From Camelus dromedarius (Eukaryota): a stretch of DNA of 64,000 nt. A program made the translations under genes and the position numbers. Below, one piece after another: positions 50,426-63,160 of this stretch; the stretch's first letter is position 1; each line of letters opens with the position of its first letter. Location of the stretch: NCBI RefSeq assembly GCF_036321535.1, contig NC_087436.1, forward strand, positions 19,780,001 through 19,844,000, written 5' to 3'. The notes beneath the pieces were generated by a model. The model was not told where the DNA came from, did no database searches, and saw nothing but the letters and a program-made list of their open reading frames with translations.

Positions 50426-52154
50426 ATGACTTAGAAAGGAACATTCTAAATGACAATGAAGTCCAAGGTTAAGGTGAGGCTATACCAGTGGCCCAGTAAA
50501 GTGGAGATTATTGTTCCCAGAGCCTAAAATTCAAGAAACTAAAGGGTTGTGTATTCATTCACGTGAATACCAGAGTACCAGTGAATGTTGGCATTCCATG
50601 GACCACAGATCTGAAATCACTGGGGACGATGTAAGTTTTCTCTAAGGGAGAAGAGAGGCTGGTACAAATGAATGGTTGACTTCAGAAGAGAAGGCAGTGG
50701 AACTGCTAACTCCAAATTAACAGAGTTCAGGGAGGGGATCCCCTCCTCCCAGCCCATGAGCAAGAAGAGTGGCTTCAGTTGGAGAAATTTGGTAAGAGAA
50801 TTGCATCATGGCAGAAATCCAGGTTTCGGTTAAATTGATGAAATAAGGGACCAAATTAAAAATGTAAACAAGATAAAGGGATTCCCCCAAGGCAAAAGGC
50901 AGATGGTAGAAGGATGCCGTTGGGTAAACAGTCATACTGAAATCCTGCTAGTGGAGGTGGGAATAGAGATTTGCTGGGAGAGTGACATCTAGGGCAGTCC
51001 TAGAGGGATATCAGGATGGAGGAAGCTGAACATTAGCACGTAGGATGGAACACTGCTCTTTCTTGTGTTCATACACTCAAGACGGGGAGAGATGGTGGAT
51101 GTTAGCTGATCCAGATGGGTGTCAAGATTTTACATCCTGTTGCTTCTGAGTTTGGAGCCATCACCTTGTCTCCGTAGCTTCCTTTAGGTAGATGTTGAGA
51201 GTAGGGGGCTGGGGAAGATTGGGGGACAGGGAGGAAAAGGAAAGACAAGGAAGGTTTGTCTCAGAGGAAACTCACAGAGCTTAATAACAGAAGCTCATGT
51301 CATCATAACAGACTATAAAGTCCATGTCTAAAATTCCAAAAACCATTTCCCTCCCGAGGAGGAAATTAGTATTTAGTGTATAAATCTAGTCAAGTCATTA
51401 AAGATGCAAGCTCTCTTTCTCAGTTTTAAGTGAAGGAAGGAGGCATAAGAAGTGAGACATTTTGCAACGAAACAGAACATGTGTCATTTCAAAGGTTTTT
51501 TTGGTTTTGGTTACACACCTTGAGCCAAACGATTGCAGAATATTTTACACACGCACAGCTCTCTTGCTCTGTGAGATAGTTCAGCAGCAAGCACGGCTCC
51601 TAGCCTGGCACCCCACCTGCCTCTCTAAAAGGAACACACTTACTGAAGTTTAGTTTTTGCTGCTTTTACAATGCTTTAAATTTGGAACAGAAAGTACACT
51701 TTTCTTTTTCATGAGGAAAAAAAAAAGAATAGCAATGAAATAGGGTGGTTGCAATCTCCATAATTGAATTAAATGTTTTCTTATTTATTTTGTGTCTTTC
51801 TTTTTCCTTGAAAGAGGGAAAATATACCAATTATGGCTCAATGGAACTTGTTACTCAGTGGGAACAACCATTCACTCTGTTCGACCCCAACAAAACAGGG
51901 AAGCATCTGTCCGTTCCATCAAGTCTTCAGTGGCGTTCTGGCAGAGGTGAGCAGACCTCTCAGTTCTGTGCAGCCTATGATTTGATGGGCTTTCCAGAAA
52001 CATGAGCATTCTCTCTCCTCTGATCCCAACACCATAAGCCTGGAGGAAGGCAGGTTTGCTCTTGTGAATGGGCTGTGGTTATCAGGGGGTCTAGGTGAGT
52101 ATCCGTCTCCTCTCTGTACTAAATAAAATAAAACATTTTTTAAAAAAGACATCT

Positions 52155-52652
52155 AACTGGATAAGGAAGATGTGGTATGTATACATATACAATAGAATAC
52201 TACTCAGCCATAAAAAAGAATGAAATAATAGCATTTGCAGCAACATGGATGGACCTAGAGATGATCATACTAAGTGAAGTAAGTCAGACAGTTTTCTCTA
52301 TCAAATACCATAAGATATCACTTGTATGTGGAATCTCAAAAAAGGATACAAATGAACTTATTTACAAAACAGAAATAGACTCACAGACATAGAAAACAAA
52401 TTTATGGTTACCAAAGGGGAAAAGGGTTGGGGAGGAGGGATAAATTAGGAATTTGTGATTAACAGATACATGTTACTATATATAAAATAGATAAACAACA
52501 AGGACCTACTGTATAGCATAAGGAACTATATTCAATATCTTGTAATAACATACATAAAAAAGAATCTGAAAATCTATACATGTATACACATATATACATT
52601 GCAAATCAGATATACTTTAACTTCAATTAATTAATTAGCTAGTTAAAGTAAA
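52155..52652 (+). mobile_element. L1 3' end (ORF2 C-terminus plus 3'UTR)
   Basis: Encodes EYYSAIKKNEI...FAATWMDLEMIILSEVSQT, the L1 ORF2 C-terminal motif. Confidence 0.92.
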
Positions 52653-53184
52653 ATAAGCCATGTACTGAGCTTTCTTGCCTAACACATAAGCCTAGGCAGA
52701 ATGTTACTGGGCATTGACCCAATTTCTTTGAGGCAGAGAAATGACTTACTTAAGACAATCCAGTCAGAAGCAGCTATAGAAAAACCACCTACTCCTCTAT
52801 ACAGCAGTTTCCCCCCAGGGGAAGGAGTCCTTCCCTTCCCTGAAGAATGGTAATTCACTCCCCACCCACACCCACACCCACACCCAAGTCTCAAGGCCAA
52901 AGCTCGGTTAAAACAACATTAATGTCTTGTGACTTTTTTTTTTTTTTAATGTTTCAATAAAATGAACCTCCCCCTCTTCATTCCTTAGATCATAGGAATT
53001 GCTTTCATAACAGGACCCAGGAATCGTGAGGAAAGGAATCTCATTTTCCTCCATGTTCACTAATGATCTTTTCTCATTGTCCCTGGGGAATCCAATACTT
53101 CACATACTTCCCCGCAACCTCTTAGTTCACGTCCGTGCCTCTGATGCCAAACCAATCCATTACGCTTTCTTTCTGGAGCCAAGA

Positions 53185-53700
53185 GTAGTGGACATTTGTT
53201 TTTTGGCCACTCAGCATCCATGCACCCTACTTCCTGTAACTGTGGTCTGGGAAGCCCTGTCTACTCACCCCTGCTCCCTGCAGTCAGGGACGCTCCCACC
53301 ACCCACCCCACACCACCAGTCACCTGATGGATGAGGTGACCAGGCCCCAGCGCATCAGCACGCTCTTCCGAGGCACCCTGACTGGCCAAATGTAAGTTAA
53401 CAGCCAAGTCAAAGGCAATGAAATACAAAGAAACCTCATGGATAACTTTGGAGAAAGAGACCCTCTTACTTCCCGTGCTGGATTTGAGAGGACAAAGAGC
53501 TTGGAGCAGTGCCTCCATTTTGCTACAATGCCTGAGAGGAAACCACTCCAGCGGGAGGAGGGGCTGGGAAGAGAAAGAAAGCAGCACAGCCCAGTGAGCT
53601 GGCAGAGCTCGGCATCTGACAAGCCGGGGGTAAACCTATCCCTGGACTTTTCCAAGAGCCATTAAATCTCCTTTTTTCTTTAAGAGAAAATTTTGCAGTC
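53185..53700 (+). mobile_element. Ancient MaLR/ERVL LTR, degraded
   Basis: 'tagtggacatttgttttttggccactcagcatcc', 'gtgaccaggcc', 'ccctggacttttc...gagccattaaatctcc'. Confidence 0.45.
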
Positions 53701-53989
53701 AAAGGAGTTACACCTGCTATTCCAAACATCATTCCAGAGACCTATATCTCAATACCTGCTATATTTATAAGCTCTTTTTTGCACATGAAACTGATTCTCT
53801 TGCACCCACCAACAAATGTCTCCGTTTTGTTGAAGCCATGCTCATTAGTTCTGTGCAAGCCAATGTTGAAGCATAAGCTCTTTCCACTTTCACAGAATCT
53901 TCTGTAACTTCTTTCTGTTCATTCACTTTCGATTCAGCAACAATTGGTTGAGTACTCAGTACCTGCTCTTAGAAGTCATGAGGTGCACG

Positions 53990-55145
53990 GCGAAGGAAGC
54001 CACAACAAAGTGAAAAGGCAACTCATGGAATGGGAGAAACGTTTTCCAGCTGTCTAGTAAGGGATTAATGCCCAAAATATATAAAGAACTCCTATAACTC
54101 AGTGGTTTAAAAAAAAAAAACCAGGGGGGAGGGTATAGCTCATGTGTTAAAGCACATGCTTAGCATGCACGAGGTCCTGGTACCTCCTCTAAAACTAAAT
54201 AAGTAAACCTAATTACTTCCTCCCTAAAAAAAAAATAATAAAAAATTTTAATATATATATTAAAAAAAACTAATAACAGAAATAAAAAGTAGGCTAAAGA
54301 CTTAAACAGACGTTTCTCCAGGAAGACATACAAATGGCCAACAGGTATATGGAAGGATTCTCAATGTCCTTCATTAACAGGGAAATGCAAATCAAAACCA
54401 CCATGAGATATCACCTCACACCTGTCAGGATGGATATTATCAAAAAAAAAAAGCGAAAGATAACAGTGTTGGCAAGGATGTAGAGGAACTGGAACCCTTG
54501 CACGCTGGTGGTGGGATTGTACTGTGGTGCTGCCAAGATGGCAAATAGCATGGTATTTCCTCAAGCAATTAAAAACAGTACTACCATATGATCCAGCAAT
54601 CCCACTTTCGGGTATATATCCAAAAGAATTGAAAACAGGATCTCAAAGAGGTATTTTCACACACTCATGTTTATTGCACAATAGCCAAGACATGGGAGCA
54701 AACAACATGTTTATCATCAGATGAATGTATAGAGAAAATATGGTATAAACATACAATGGAATGTTATTCAGTCTTAAAAAAAAAAAAAAAGAGGGAACTT
54801 CTGCAATATGCAACAACATGGCTGAACCTTGAGGCTGTTGTGCTGAGTGAAATAAGCCAATCACAGAAGGACAGATATTGCATGATTCTACTTACATGAG
54901 GTGTCTAAAATAGGCAAATGCCTGGATGGTGGAATGCGGGTTGCCAGAATCTGGGAGAAGGAGGAGGGGAGAAATAGGGAATTACTAATCAGTAGGTATA
55001 AAGTTTCAGTTAAGAAAGATGAGTAAGTTCTAGAGACTCGCTGTACAACATTGTACCTAAAATTAACAATACAGTATTATACACTTAAAACTTTGTTAAA
55101 AGGGTAGATCTCATGTTAAGTATTCCAACACAATAAAATATAATT
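53990..55145 (+). mobile_element. L1MA/MB-like 3' segment
   Basis: 'gaaatgcaaatcaaaaccaccatgagatatcacctcacacctgtcagg', 'ccatatgatccagcaatcccact', 'agggtagatctcatgttaag...caataaaa'. Confidence 0.9.
54123..54260 (+). mobile_element. Vic-1 type SINE with B-box deletion, nested in L1
   Basis: 'gggtatagctcatgtg...gcttagcatgcacgaggtcctgg|tacctcc' lacks the gttcaatccccag segment. Confidence 0.85.
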
Positions 55146-55459
55146 GAAGGAGGAGGAGGAGAAAAAGAAGAAGGCGGCATAAGGGATGCAAAACCTCAGC
55201 TTCAGCAACCATGCAGAATTACAGAATCAGGTGGTGTGCATCAGGCTAGGGAAACGTACAAGGTGATGGAAAGAAAGCCCAGAGCCAGGGGCCTGGTTGG
55301 GAGACCTGGGGACTCCCAGCCTGTCTACAGCTTCTCCAAGATCTTCCATAAGGGCGGATGTTTGATTGGAGAAAGCATTTTCCTTCATCTTTCATGCTCA
55401 CTTTTTCTTTTTCTTCCTGTATGGGACAACGAGGGGTTGGCAATGAAGAAGGTACAAAT

Positions 55460-56230
55460 TCATTCAACATGAACGAACATTAATGTGCGTCAGCTGTGTG
55501 CCTGGCACTGTGCTGGGCCCTGGGGACAGAGTACCTAGTGTCACACAACTTATATTCCAGTGGGAGAGACAGACCACAAACAAGCAGAACATAAATATCT
55601 AATATGTCAGATGGTTAAAGAAAAGCAGAGCAGGGTTGAGGGACAGAAGTGACTGGCAGGAGTTGACGTGTGGGGTCCGTTTTAGATAAGGTAATTAGAG
55701 AGAGCCTCTCTCAAAAACTACCATTTTTGCAGAAACACGGATGCAATTGAGGTTATATGCTGTGTGATTACGTGGGAGAAGGACATTTCGAGCAGAAATT
55801 TCAAGAACAGTAAATGCAAAGATCTTGACAGGGCCGACTTCGCCCTCAGGCCCGACTTCACCCTCAGGCCTGATAGACACAGGACCACGATACTTTTAGG
55901 GGCCCATGAAAATGTGTTAACTTCTCTTAAAATCAGAAGAAAAAAAACACTTTCAGATCAAAGGAAATGTTATAATATACAGCATTCAAGTATCCCTCTT
56001 CATACCAACACAGCCATAAGATATAATTTGAATTTTTTTAAGTGGAAGAACTTGCCCACAAGAATTATGTTGCAGCCTTGAGCTCTGAAGCAGGAAAGAA
56101 ATGGACTTTTGGAAGAAGAGCTAGGTGACCAGACAAGTCAGAGCAGAGGAAGGAGGGGTGAACGTGAGTTCAGAGAGGTAGGTTAGGGGGGTGGGGCCAG
56201 GAGAGCCTCAGGACCTGGCTTGAAGTTGGG
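55460..56230 (-). mobile_element. L2 3' region, interrupted
   Basis: 'tgtgtgcctggcactgtgctgggccctgggga...ttatattccagtgggagagacagac...aacagtaaatgcaaag'. Confidence 0.7.
55829..56080. mobile_element. hAT-Tip100 non-autonomous element (ORSL-like)
   Basis: Begins cagggccg, ends gcagccttg; internal 'cacgatacttttaggggcccatgaaaatg...aaaatcagaagaaaaaa'; splits the L2. Confidence 0.55.
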
Positions 56231-56335
56231 AGCTGAGGAGCACGTGGTTAAAAGTAAAAGGAGGAGCAAAGAAAAAACTCCAGGGCTCAGAATTTTTGAC
56301 ACTTTGTTGAAGTCTGTAATGGGAACACTGAACAT

Positions 56336-56714
56336 ATTTAATTAATTAATTAATTAAAAGTATAATCAGTTTACAATATTGTGTCAGTTTCTGGTGTACA
56401 GCATAATGCTTCAGTCATACATGGACATACATATATTCTTTTTCATATTCTTTTTCATTATAGGTTACTACAAAATATTTAATAGAGTCCCCATGCTCTA
56501 CAGTAGAAATTTTTTTTATTAACTTTTTTTAATTGAAGTACAGTCGGTTACAATGTGTCAATTTCTGGTGTACAGCACAGTGTCCCAGTCATGCATATGC
56601 ATGCATATATTTGTTTTCATATTCTTTTTCATTGAAGATTATTACAAGATATTGAACATAGTTCCCTGTGCTATACAGAAGAAATTTTTTTTTAAATCTA
56701 TTTTTATATATAGA
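56336..56714 (-). mobile_element. L1 3' end present as a tandem dimer
   Basis: Two ~190-bp homologous tail units; TSD aacactgaacat at 56324-56335 and 56715-56726. Confidence 0.88.
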
Positions 56715-58104
56715 AACACTGAACATTTCTGGCCATTTCAAGGGAACAGCTCCTACTGACTTTTTAATTTTTCAGCAGTGGAAATGAATGACTTCTTACA
56801 GGCAACCAACTCCACCTGAATCTCTGAGCTCAGTCTCCGCTGTGCCGAAACTTGGTTTTCCTTCTGACCTCTACCTGCTTCCTTGTGGAGTCAAATAACT
56901 TAGGACAATGCTGAAGCACTTTGCAATATTCCAATTCCATAAAAACGAGTATTGTTGTCATTGTAGTGAATAATAAGTCATAAGGCTTTGACCCGAGATG
57001 GACTTTGGCTGAGACAAATGACCTTTCTTGCTGACTCGCCTGCCTCGTGTCCTTACCCAGAACATTCAGGGGTTCCCTCAGCCACAGCCAATATTTCAAG
57101 AAGGGTTTGTCACCCTGTGTTGTGAACCCATAAAGTTTATGACACTGCTCGTAGCTGCTTATTTGCTAACACTAGTGATAATTAAAGCTCTTAAGCAAAA
57201 GCTTGGGCCACCTGCTGCATCACCTTCGTGCTGTCCCTCATCCTGTTGAGACAATTGAGGGCACCTCCCTTCTCCATGTGTGCACACTCACATTTAACAC
57301 GACCTAGTGGAACTGGAGCCTGAGCCAGCCAGCTGGGAGCCCCCAGACCTTTCCACGTCCTTTGCAAAGCTGGCTGTGTGAGCAAGGAAGCCTCTTTTCC
57401 GCCTGCCTTCTTAGGAGGCAATAAGCTGGGATGCCTTAAGTTCTGTGAGGTCAAAAGGGCTCACGGATTTTGTCAGAGCGTCTTTAGAAAGTCACTTTTG
57501 ATTACATTCTCCTGGATGGGCAAATAGCAAATTAGAAATAATGTTAAAAAGCCTCTGTATTCTCGGGTTAGGGAGGGTTTTACAGAACGGAGGATGATTG
57601 ATTTTATTGATACCGAAGGGGAGGAGGAGCTCTGTTGGAAAAACTGTAACTTTTTAACTTGCAAGACTACCTTTACCTCTCAGTCATGAAAGTGCCAGGA
57701 AAGGTGGCAGCAGGGTTTAGAGAATAAAGAAGATTTGTTTTTAGCATTGTTCAATGTCTTTCCCTGTTTAGCCTCATCTGGTTTCTGACAGACCCAGCTC
57801 CCAGACAGCAAAGTCCACGGAGGAACCAGAAAGCTCCCTGCTGGGTCTTTTTCAACTGCAGGTTAATTTTCAGTGGAAATTCAAATTCATTCAAGCTGCA
57901 GTTTTCAGAATCCAGAAAGAAATTAAGGTATTCTTTATACATCAGCTTTGAAAATGCCTGATCAGGGAATAACAGTCCTGGAAGTTTCCTTCTCTCTGCT
58001 TCTTCTCCTTGAGATTAGCTAGCATTTGCAAATAGGTGAGCCATCCTCAAGAGGCAGGAGACATAATCCCCGAGGCCCCAAAGAAAATGAGATAAAACCT
58101 AAGG

Positions 58105-58720
58105 TACTTAATTCCAAAAGATACATGCACCTCCGTGTTCACAGCAGCACTATTTACAGTAGCCAAGACATGGAAACAACCTAAATGTCCATCAACAGAT
58201 AATTGAATAAAGAAGTTGTGGTGTATATATATTCAATGGAATACTACCCAGCCATAAACATGGATAAAATAATGCCATTTGCAGCAACATGGGTGGACTT
58301 GGAGATCATCATTCTAAGTAAAGGAAGTCAGACAGAGAGACAAATACCATATGATATCACTTTTATGTAGAATCTAAAAAAAAAAGATGCAAATGAGCTT
58401 ATTTACAAAACAGAGACAGACTCACAGACATAGAAACAAACTTATGGTTACCGAGGGGGAAGGTGGCGGGAAGGGATAAATTGGGAGTTCGAGATTTGCA
58501 GATACTAACTAATAATATCTATAAAATAGATAAACAACAAGTTTGTACTGTATAGCACAGGGAACTATATTCAATATCTTGTAGTAACCTATAATGAAAA
58601 AAATATGAAAAGGAATATTCGTATGTCTATGTATGACTAAAACATTATGCTGTACACCAGAAATTGATACAACATTGTAAACTGACTATACTTCAATTTT
58701 TTAAAAAAATGGAAAAAAAT
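58105..58720 (+). mobile_element. Relatively young L1 3' end
   Basis: 'aaagatacatgcacctccgtgttcacagcagcactatttac...gccatttgcagcaacatgg...gactatacttcaat'. Confidence 0.92.
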
Positions 58721-58732
58721 GTACAAAGGGAG

Positions 58733-59445
58733 CTTTTTTTTTATTGTAGTAAAATATAGATAACATAAAATGTACCATCTTAACCCATTTTAGGTGTGCA
58801 GCTCAATGGCGTTGAGTACCATCACATTGTTGTGCCATCTACGTCCAGAACTTTTTCATCTTCTCAGACTGAAAGGCTGTACCCACTAAACAATGACTCT
58901 CTACTCCCTGCTCCTGCTCCCCACAGTCCCTGGTATTTACCATTCTATTTTCTGTATCTATTAATTTGACTACTTTCGGTGCCGTATATATGTAGAAACC
59001 TAAGATATTTGCCCTTTTGTGCCTGGCTTATTTCACTTAGCGTAATGTCTTTAAGGCTTATCCACGTTGTAGCATGTGTCAAAGTTTCCCTCCTGTTTAA
59101 GGCTGAAAGATATACCATTGTATGGATACACTACCATTTAATCGCCAAAGGACATTTGGATCGTTTCCACTTTGGGGCCCCTGTCAACAAGGCTGATATA
59201 AACTTGGGTGTACAAATATTTGTTCAAGTCCTCGCTTTCAGTTGTTTTGGGTGTATACCCAGCAGTGGGATTGCTGGACCATATGCCAATTCTATATTTA
59301 ATTCTCTGAGGAACCGCCATATTGCTTTTCACAGTGGCTGCCCGTTCATACCAGCCACGCACAAGAGTTCCAATTTCTCCACTTCCTCATCATCACTTGT
59401 TATTTTCTGTTTCCTTGATAACAGCCATCCTAATGAGGGTGAGGG
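58733..59445 (-). mobile_element. L1MA/MB-like 3' end (tail-to-tail with previous L1)
   Basis: 'taacataaaatgtaccatcttaacc...ctggcttatttcacttagc...tatacccagcagtgggattgctgga'. Confidence 0.85.
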
Positions 59446-60559
59446 AAATGCTAGCTTTTGACTGACTCTAAGAAGGAGTCATTACTTGGGATGATCAAGC
59501 CAGGAATTAGATTAAGTAAGTGCTAACCCGATTCCCACTTTGAGTCTATGAATCTCTGACACACCATGGTATATGAGGGCCTTATTTATTTATTTTTTTG
59601 GTCTAATGTTTATAAGAACAATGTATGAGCTACAGTGATTTAATGGGAGTTATGTACAAATAAGGGGGAGACAGGGAGACTGAAAACTGGTGATCCACAG
59701 ATCTGACCTACAATGTAATTTGTTTGGTATGTATGTCCCACTGCTTGGAGACTTCTCAACAAAATTTAGATTTCCTGCTTCTTTTAAAAGATGGGAAGAT
59801 GTGCAACAAAGGGTTCACAGTCCCTGGAATGGGGAAACAGGAGGTGGCTCACTGTCTTAGTCAAAAGTGTGCAACCCACTCCCCACCCCCAGCCCTGGCC
59901 GTCCATTTAGACAAGCTACTCAATTATAAATAAACTGTGACTTTAGGTGATTTATAATCTTGAAGAGCTTTCAATAAAATACTAGCTCTTTGACCAAAGC
60001 ATCTGAAACAAGAGACGTTATCATATTTACCATTTCCCCCAAAGTTTATATATTCAATTATTTTCTTTTGTTAATTTTTAAACAAAAGTAACTGAATAAA
60101 GTCTAAGGTGTTACCATTATTAGAGCCTTTTGCTAAGAAGGCCATGACTTGTCATTATATATGTTTCATGACAGCAGGGACCTTGGTTCTGTTATCACAC
60201 TATATCCCCAAAACACAGGTAGTATAGTGTAACATTAGCCGTGACTCTGCATGTAATGTTATCATTAAAGTAGTGGGTGTATTTGTGGCTACTTGAATGT
60301 GTTGTCCAACAGAGTAACTACCAGAGTGACACAGGTACTTGAAATAGTGCATAATTAAAAGCATTCATTCATTCGAAGCACATAGAGACAACTGGACTTG
60401 TCTTGTGACTTTAGTCCTTTCAAGGGTGAGATTCCAACCGAAGGGCTGGTTAAACATTATCAGAATTTGTATATGTGGGCTTTGTTTGTTTGGGTTTGGT
60501 ATGGCTTTCTGGTATAAGATTCCTTTTCTGAATTCAGAGAAAGTCCAGGTTTTTGATGT

Positions 60560-60610
60560 TATATATATATATGCATACATACACATATATATAAATATAT
60601 ATATATATAT
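60560..60610. repeat. (TA)n microsatellite
   Basis: Interrupted TA dinucleotide run. Confidence 0.85.
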
Positions 60611-61989
60611 TTTTTTAATTTGGCTTGTCTGTTTTAGACAGTGCTTAAAAAGGAAAGGGTAGTCCTCAATCAGAACTATACTCTTCTATAAGACAATAAT
60701 GTAGACCTGTAAGTAATCCAGTGTGGGTTATGATTTATGTCAGATGAATGCCAAATAATAGTGGGTCATTTATTTTGTTTCAGGCACAACAGTGGGGGTG
60801 AAGAGGGAGAACAGATTGGTTTAAAACAAATCAAATTATGAAAACCTCAATAAATGTTTTATAAGTGAAATTTATAACTGAATGAATGCCACAATGCCTA
60901 AAATTCCTGCTATTAAAGTCACTGCTCTGGGATAAAGCACGGGGAATGTAGCAAGCAGAGGTAATATATTCAAACTTTTCCTCTAGTAGCCAAAGAAAAT
61001 GAAAACTCATCCTCTGGGAATCTAGGGATAGAGCCTGAAGAGGCTTCCGGGGAAAATTTCTTTGAGACCTTGCATTTTGACTGAAAATGCACTTAGAGTT
61101 TGGACCTCACAGCATGGTCTGTGCTATCAAGAACTGTTACTGTGCTTAGGGCTTCCCGCACAGGATTTGTTTAAATCCTATGCCAATCTCTCAGGAAAAG
61201 GACAATGCCATCATTATCTTCATTTTCCACGAGAAAAACCAAGGTACCTGATATATCCAAACATGTCTTAATAAAAGTATGTTTTAAATTATTCAAAAGT
61301 TAAATTACATAACTTTTTGCCAGCAAATATTTGAGTGAAAGGAGCATTCCAGAAAGACAGCCATGTTTATTCTGTGAGATCTTGTACTTTGGGGCTCCTT
61401 TTTGTGTATCCCTATTGGAAAAAACACTGGAACTAGCTATTTGTGCTGCTGAAGACACTGGCATAGAGTAGCTAATAAACTTACTCTTTAGAAATTTTTT
61501 TATTTTAAGTTCAAAAACATGTTGATTATAGCAATGTATTTCAAAAATATGAACAACAAAGAAGGAAAAAAATCTGAACAGCGCTCATTACCCCATTGGC
61601 TGTCTTTTTTTGAGGTACAAAAGCATGAAGAGGCCCTGGGAGATGGTAGGGGTGGGGAGGAGCAGTTATAGTTTGAATGAAGGAAGCCCTACCACCTATC
61701 TGGAGAGGGAGATTTGATGGGCAGCGTGGCAGGTATTGCTGGGTGCTAAAAGCAGCCCTTCTGAGAGGGCAAACAGGCAGCAAACATGTGGAAGTGCAGG
61801 TAGGAGAAAGGACAGAGGAGATGCAAGGATTGAGTCTTGGAGAATAACATCACCACTTGGCAGTTTTGCTTAGCTTACCCTGAATTTATTCAGAGTATGG
61901 AATTGAGACGGTCCTAGTTTGTGGAGGGCCACAACTTTCCTTTGGGCAAACACTTCAGCTTGTTTATTTGTTTGTTTGTTTTCATCTAC

Positions 61990-62400
61990 TGTGTTAGTCT
62001 GCTTGGGCTGCCATAACAAAATACCATAGACTAGCTGGCTTAAATGACAGACATTTATTGTCTCACAGCTCCAGAGCCTGGAGATCTGGGGTGAGGATGC
62101 CAGCAGACTCAGGTCCTGGTGAGGACTCTCTTCTTGGCTTGCAGATGGCTGTCATCTTGCTGTATCCTTACACAGCCTTTCCTGAGAAGGAGAGAGAAAG
62201 AGAGACAGAGAGACAGAGAAAATAAGAGGTTTTTGGTGTTTCTTCTTATAAGGGCACTAATCCTATCAAGAGTACCCCACCCTCGTGAACTTACATTAAC
62301 CTAATTAACTCCCAAAGGTGCCATCCCCAAATATCATCACATTAGGTGTTAAGGCTTCAACATACACATTTTGGGTGGGCAAAATTCAGTTTGTCATGTG
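61990..62400 (-). mobile_element. MaLR LTR, MLT1A/B-like
   Basis: 'tgtgttagtctgcttgggctgccataacaaaatacca...cttcttataagggcactaatcc...ggcttcaacata'. Confidence 0.85.
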
Positions 62401-62574
62401 TCTAATACTGGACTGAGGTTTCTGATTACCTATCACAAAGCCTTGTTCCCTGTTCTCAGAGTTCTTGGCTGGCCTGGCGAATCTCTATACTTTAAAGGTA
62501 AATCATTATCATCATCTTAGTTTTATGGGAAATAACAAAGAAAGGTTAACTAAAATAAGCCCTAGAGTTCGGCA

Positions 62575-62690
62575 AACTCTACAGGGTCAAGGCTAACATC
62601 CCTGTTTGCTCACCACGGCATTCCCAGTGGCTTATGCGGTGTCTGGCACAGAGCACTGCACATTCAATGTTTGGTGAATGTATGAAAGGA
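62575..62690 (+). mobile_element. L2 3' terminus
   Basis: 'gtgtctggcacagagca...aatgtttggtgaatgtatgaa'. Confidence 0.55.
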
Positions 62691-62694
62691 GCGT

Positions 62695-63160
62695 GGATCA
62701 GTCTAGGTTCAGGCAGTGAACAGAACTGACCTCAGATGATTCAAAGGAAGAGCCTTTAAAGAAGGGACTACTTACTGGGGGGTGTGGGTAAGGTTATGGG
62801 AACGGTTGAGCACTGGTGAGGCATCCAGAGACTGGCATTGGTAGGTCATTACCACTTCCAGGGCTGAAGAAACAAGGGGAGGAAATAGTGTGTCCCGAGT
62901 CCAGTGAAGTGTGAACTCTGCTGTATTCATGGAGGGACAGAATTACCAGAGATAAGGCATCAAAGCAGGGGAAGGGGAAAGAACAGAGCTCCCTACCTCT
63001 CTGCCCTTCCACTCTTCCCTCCCACAAGTACCTCCTATTGGCTGACCCGACTGCACATCAAGCCAGCCAGAGAGCTTGGGTGATGCAGCCACTGGAGGTC
63101 AGTTCCTGGGTCACAGAACAGGGCAGGGGAGGGAGGACAACCGAGGGAGGCACAGGTGAA
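62695..63160 (-). mobile_element. Old MaLR LTR (MLT1I/H-like)
   Basis: 'tcagtctaggttcaggcag', 'aagtacctcctattggctgacc', 'tgatgcagcc...ggtcagttcctgggtcacagaacaggg'. Confidence 0.55.

Noticed and set aside
50734..50887. Two NF-kB-like decamers (GGGGATCCCC, GGGATTCCCC)
   Set aside because: Several such matches are expected by chance in 64 kb, with no other support
52177..52392. ORF with L1 ORF2 C-terminal peptide
   Set aside because: Fragment of a 5'-truncated L1, not a host gene
58979..59461. 160-aa ORF
   Set aside because: Antisense frame of an old L1 3' region
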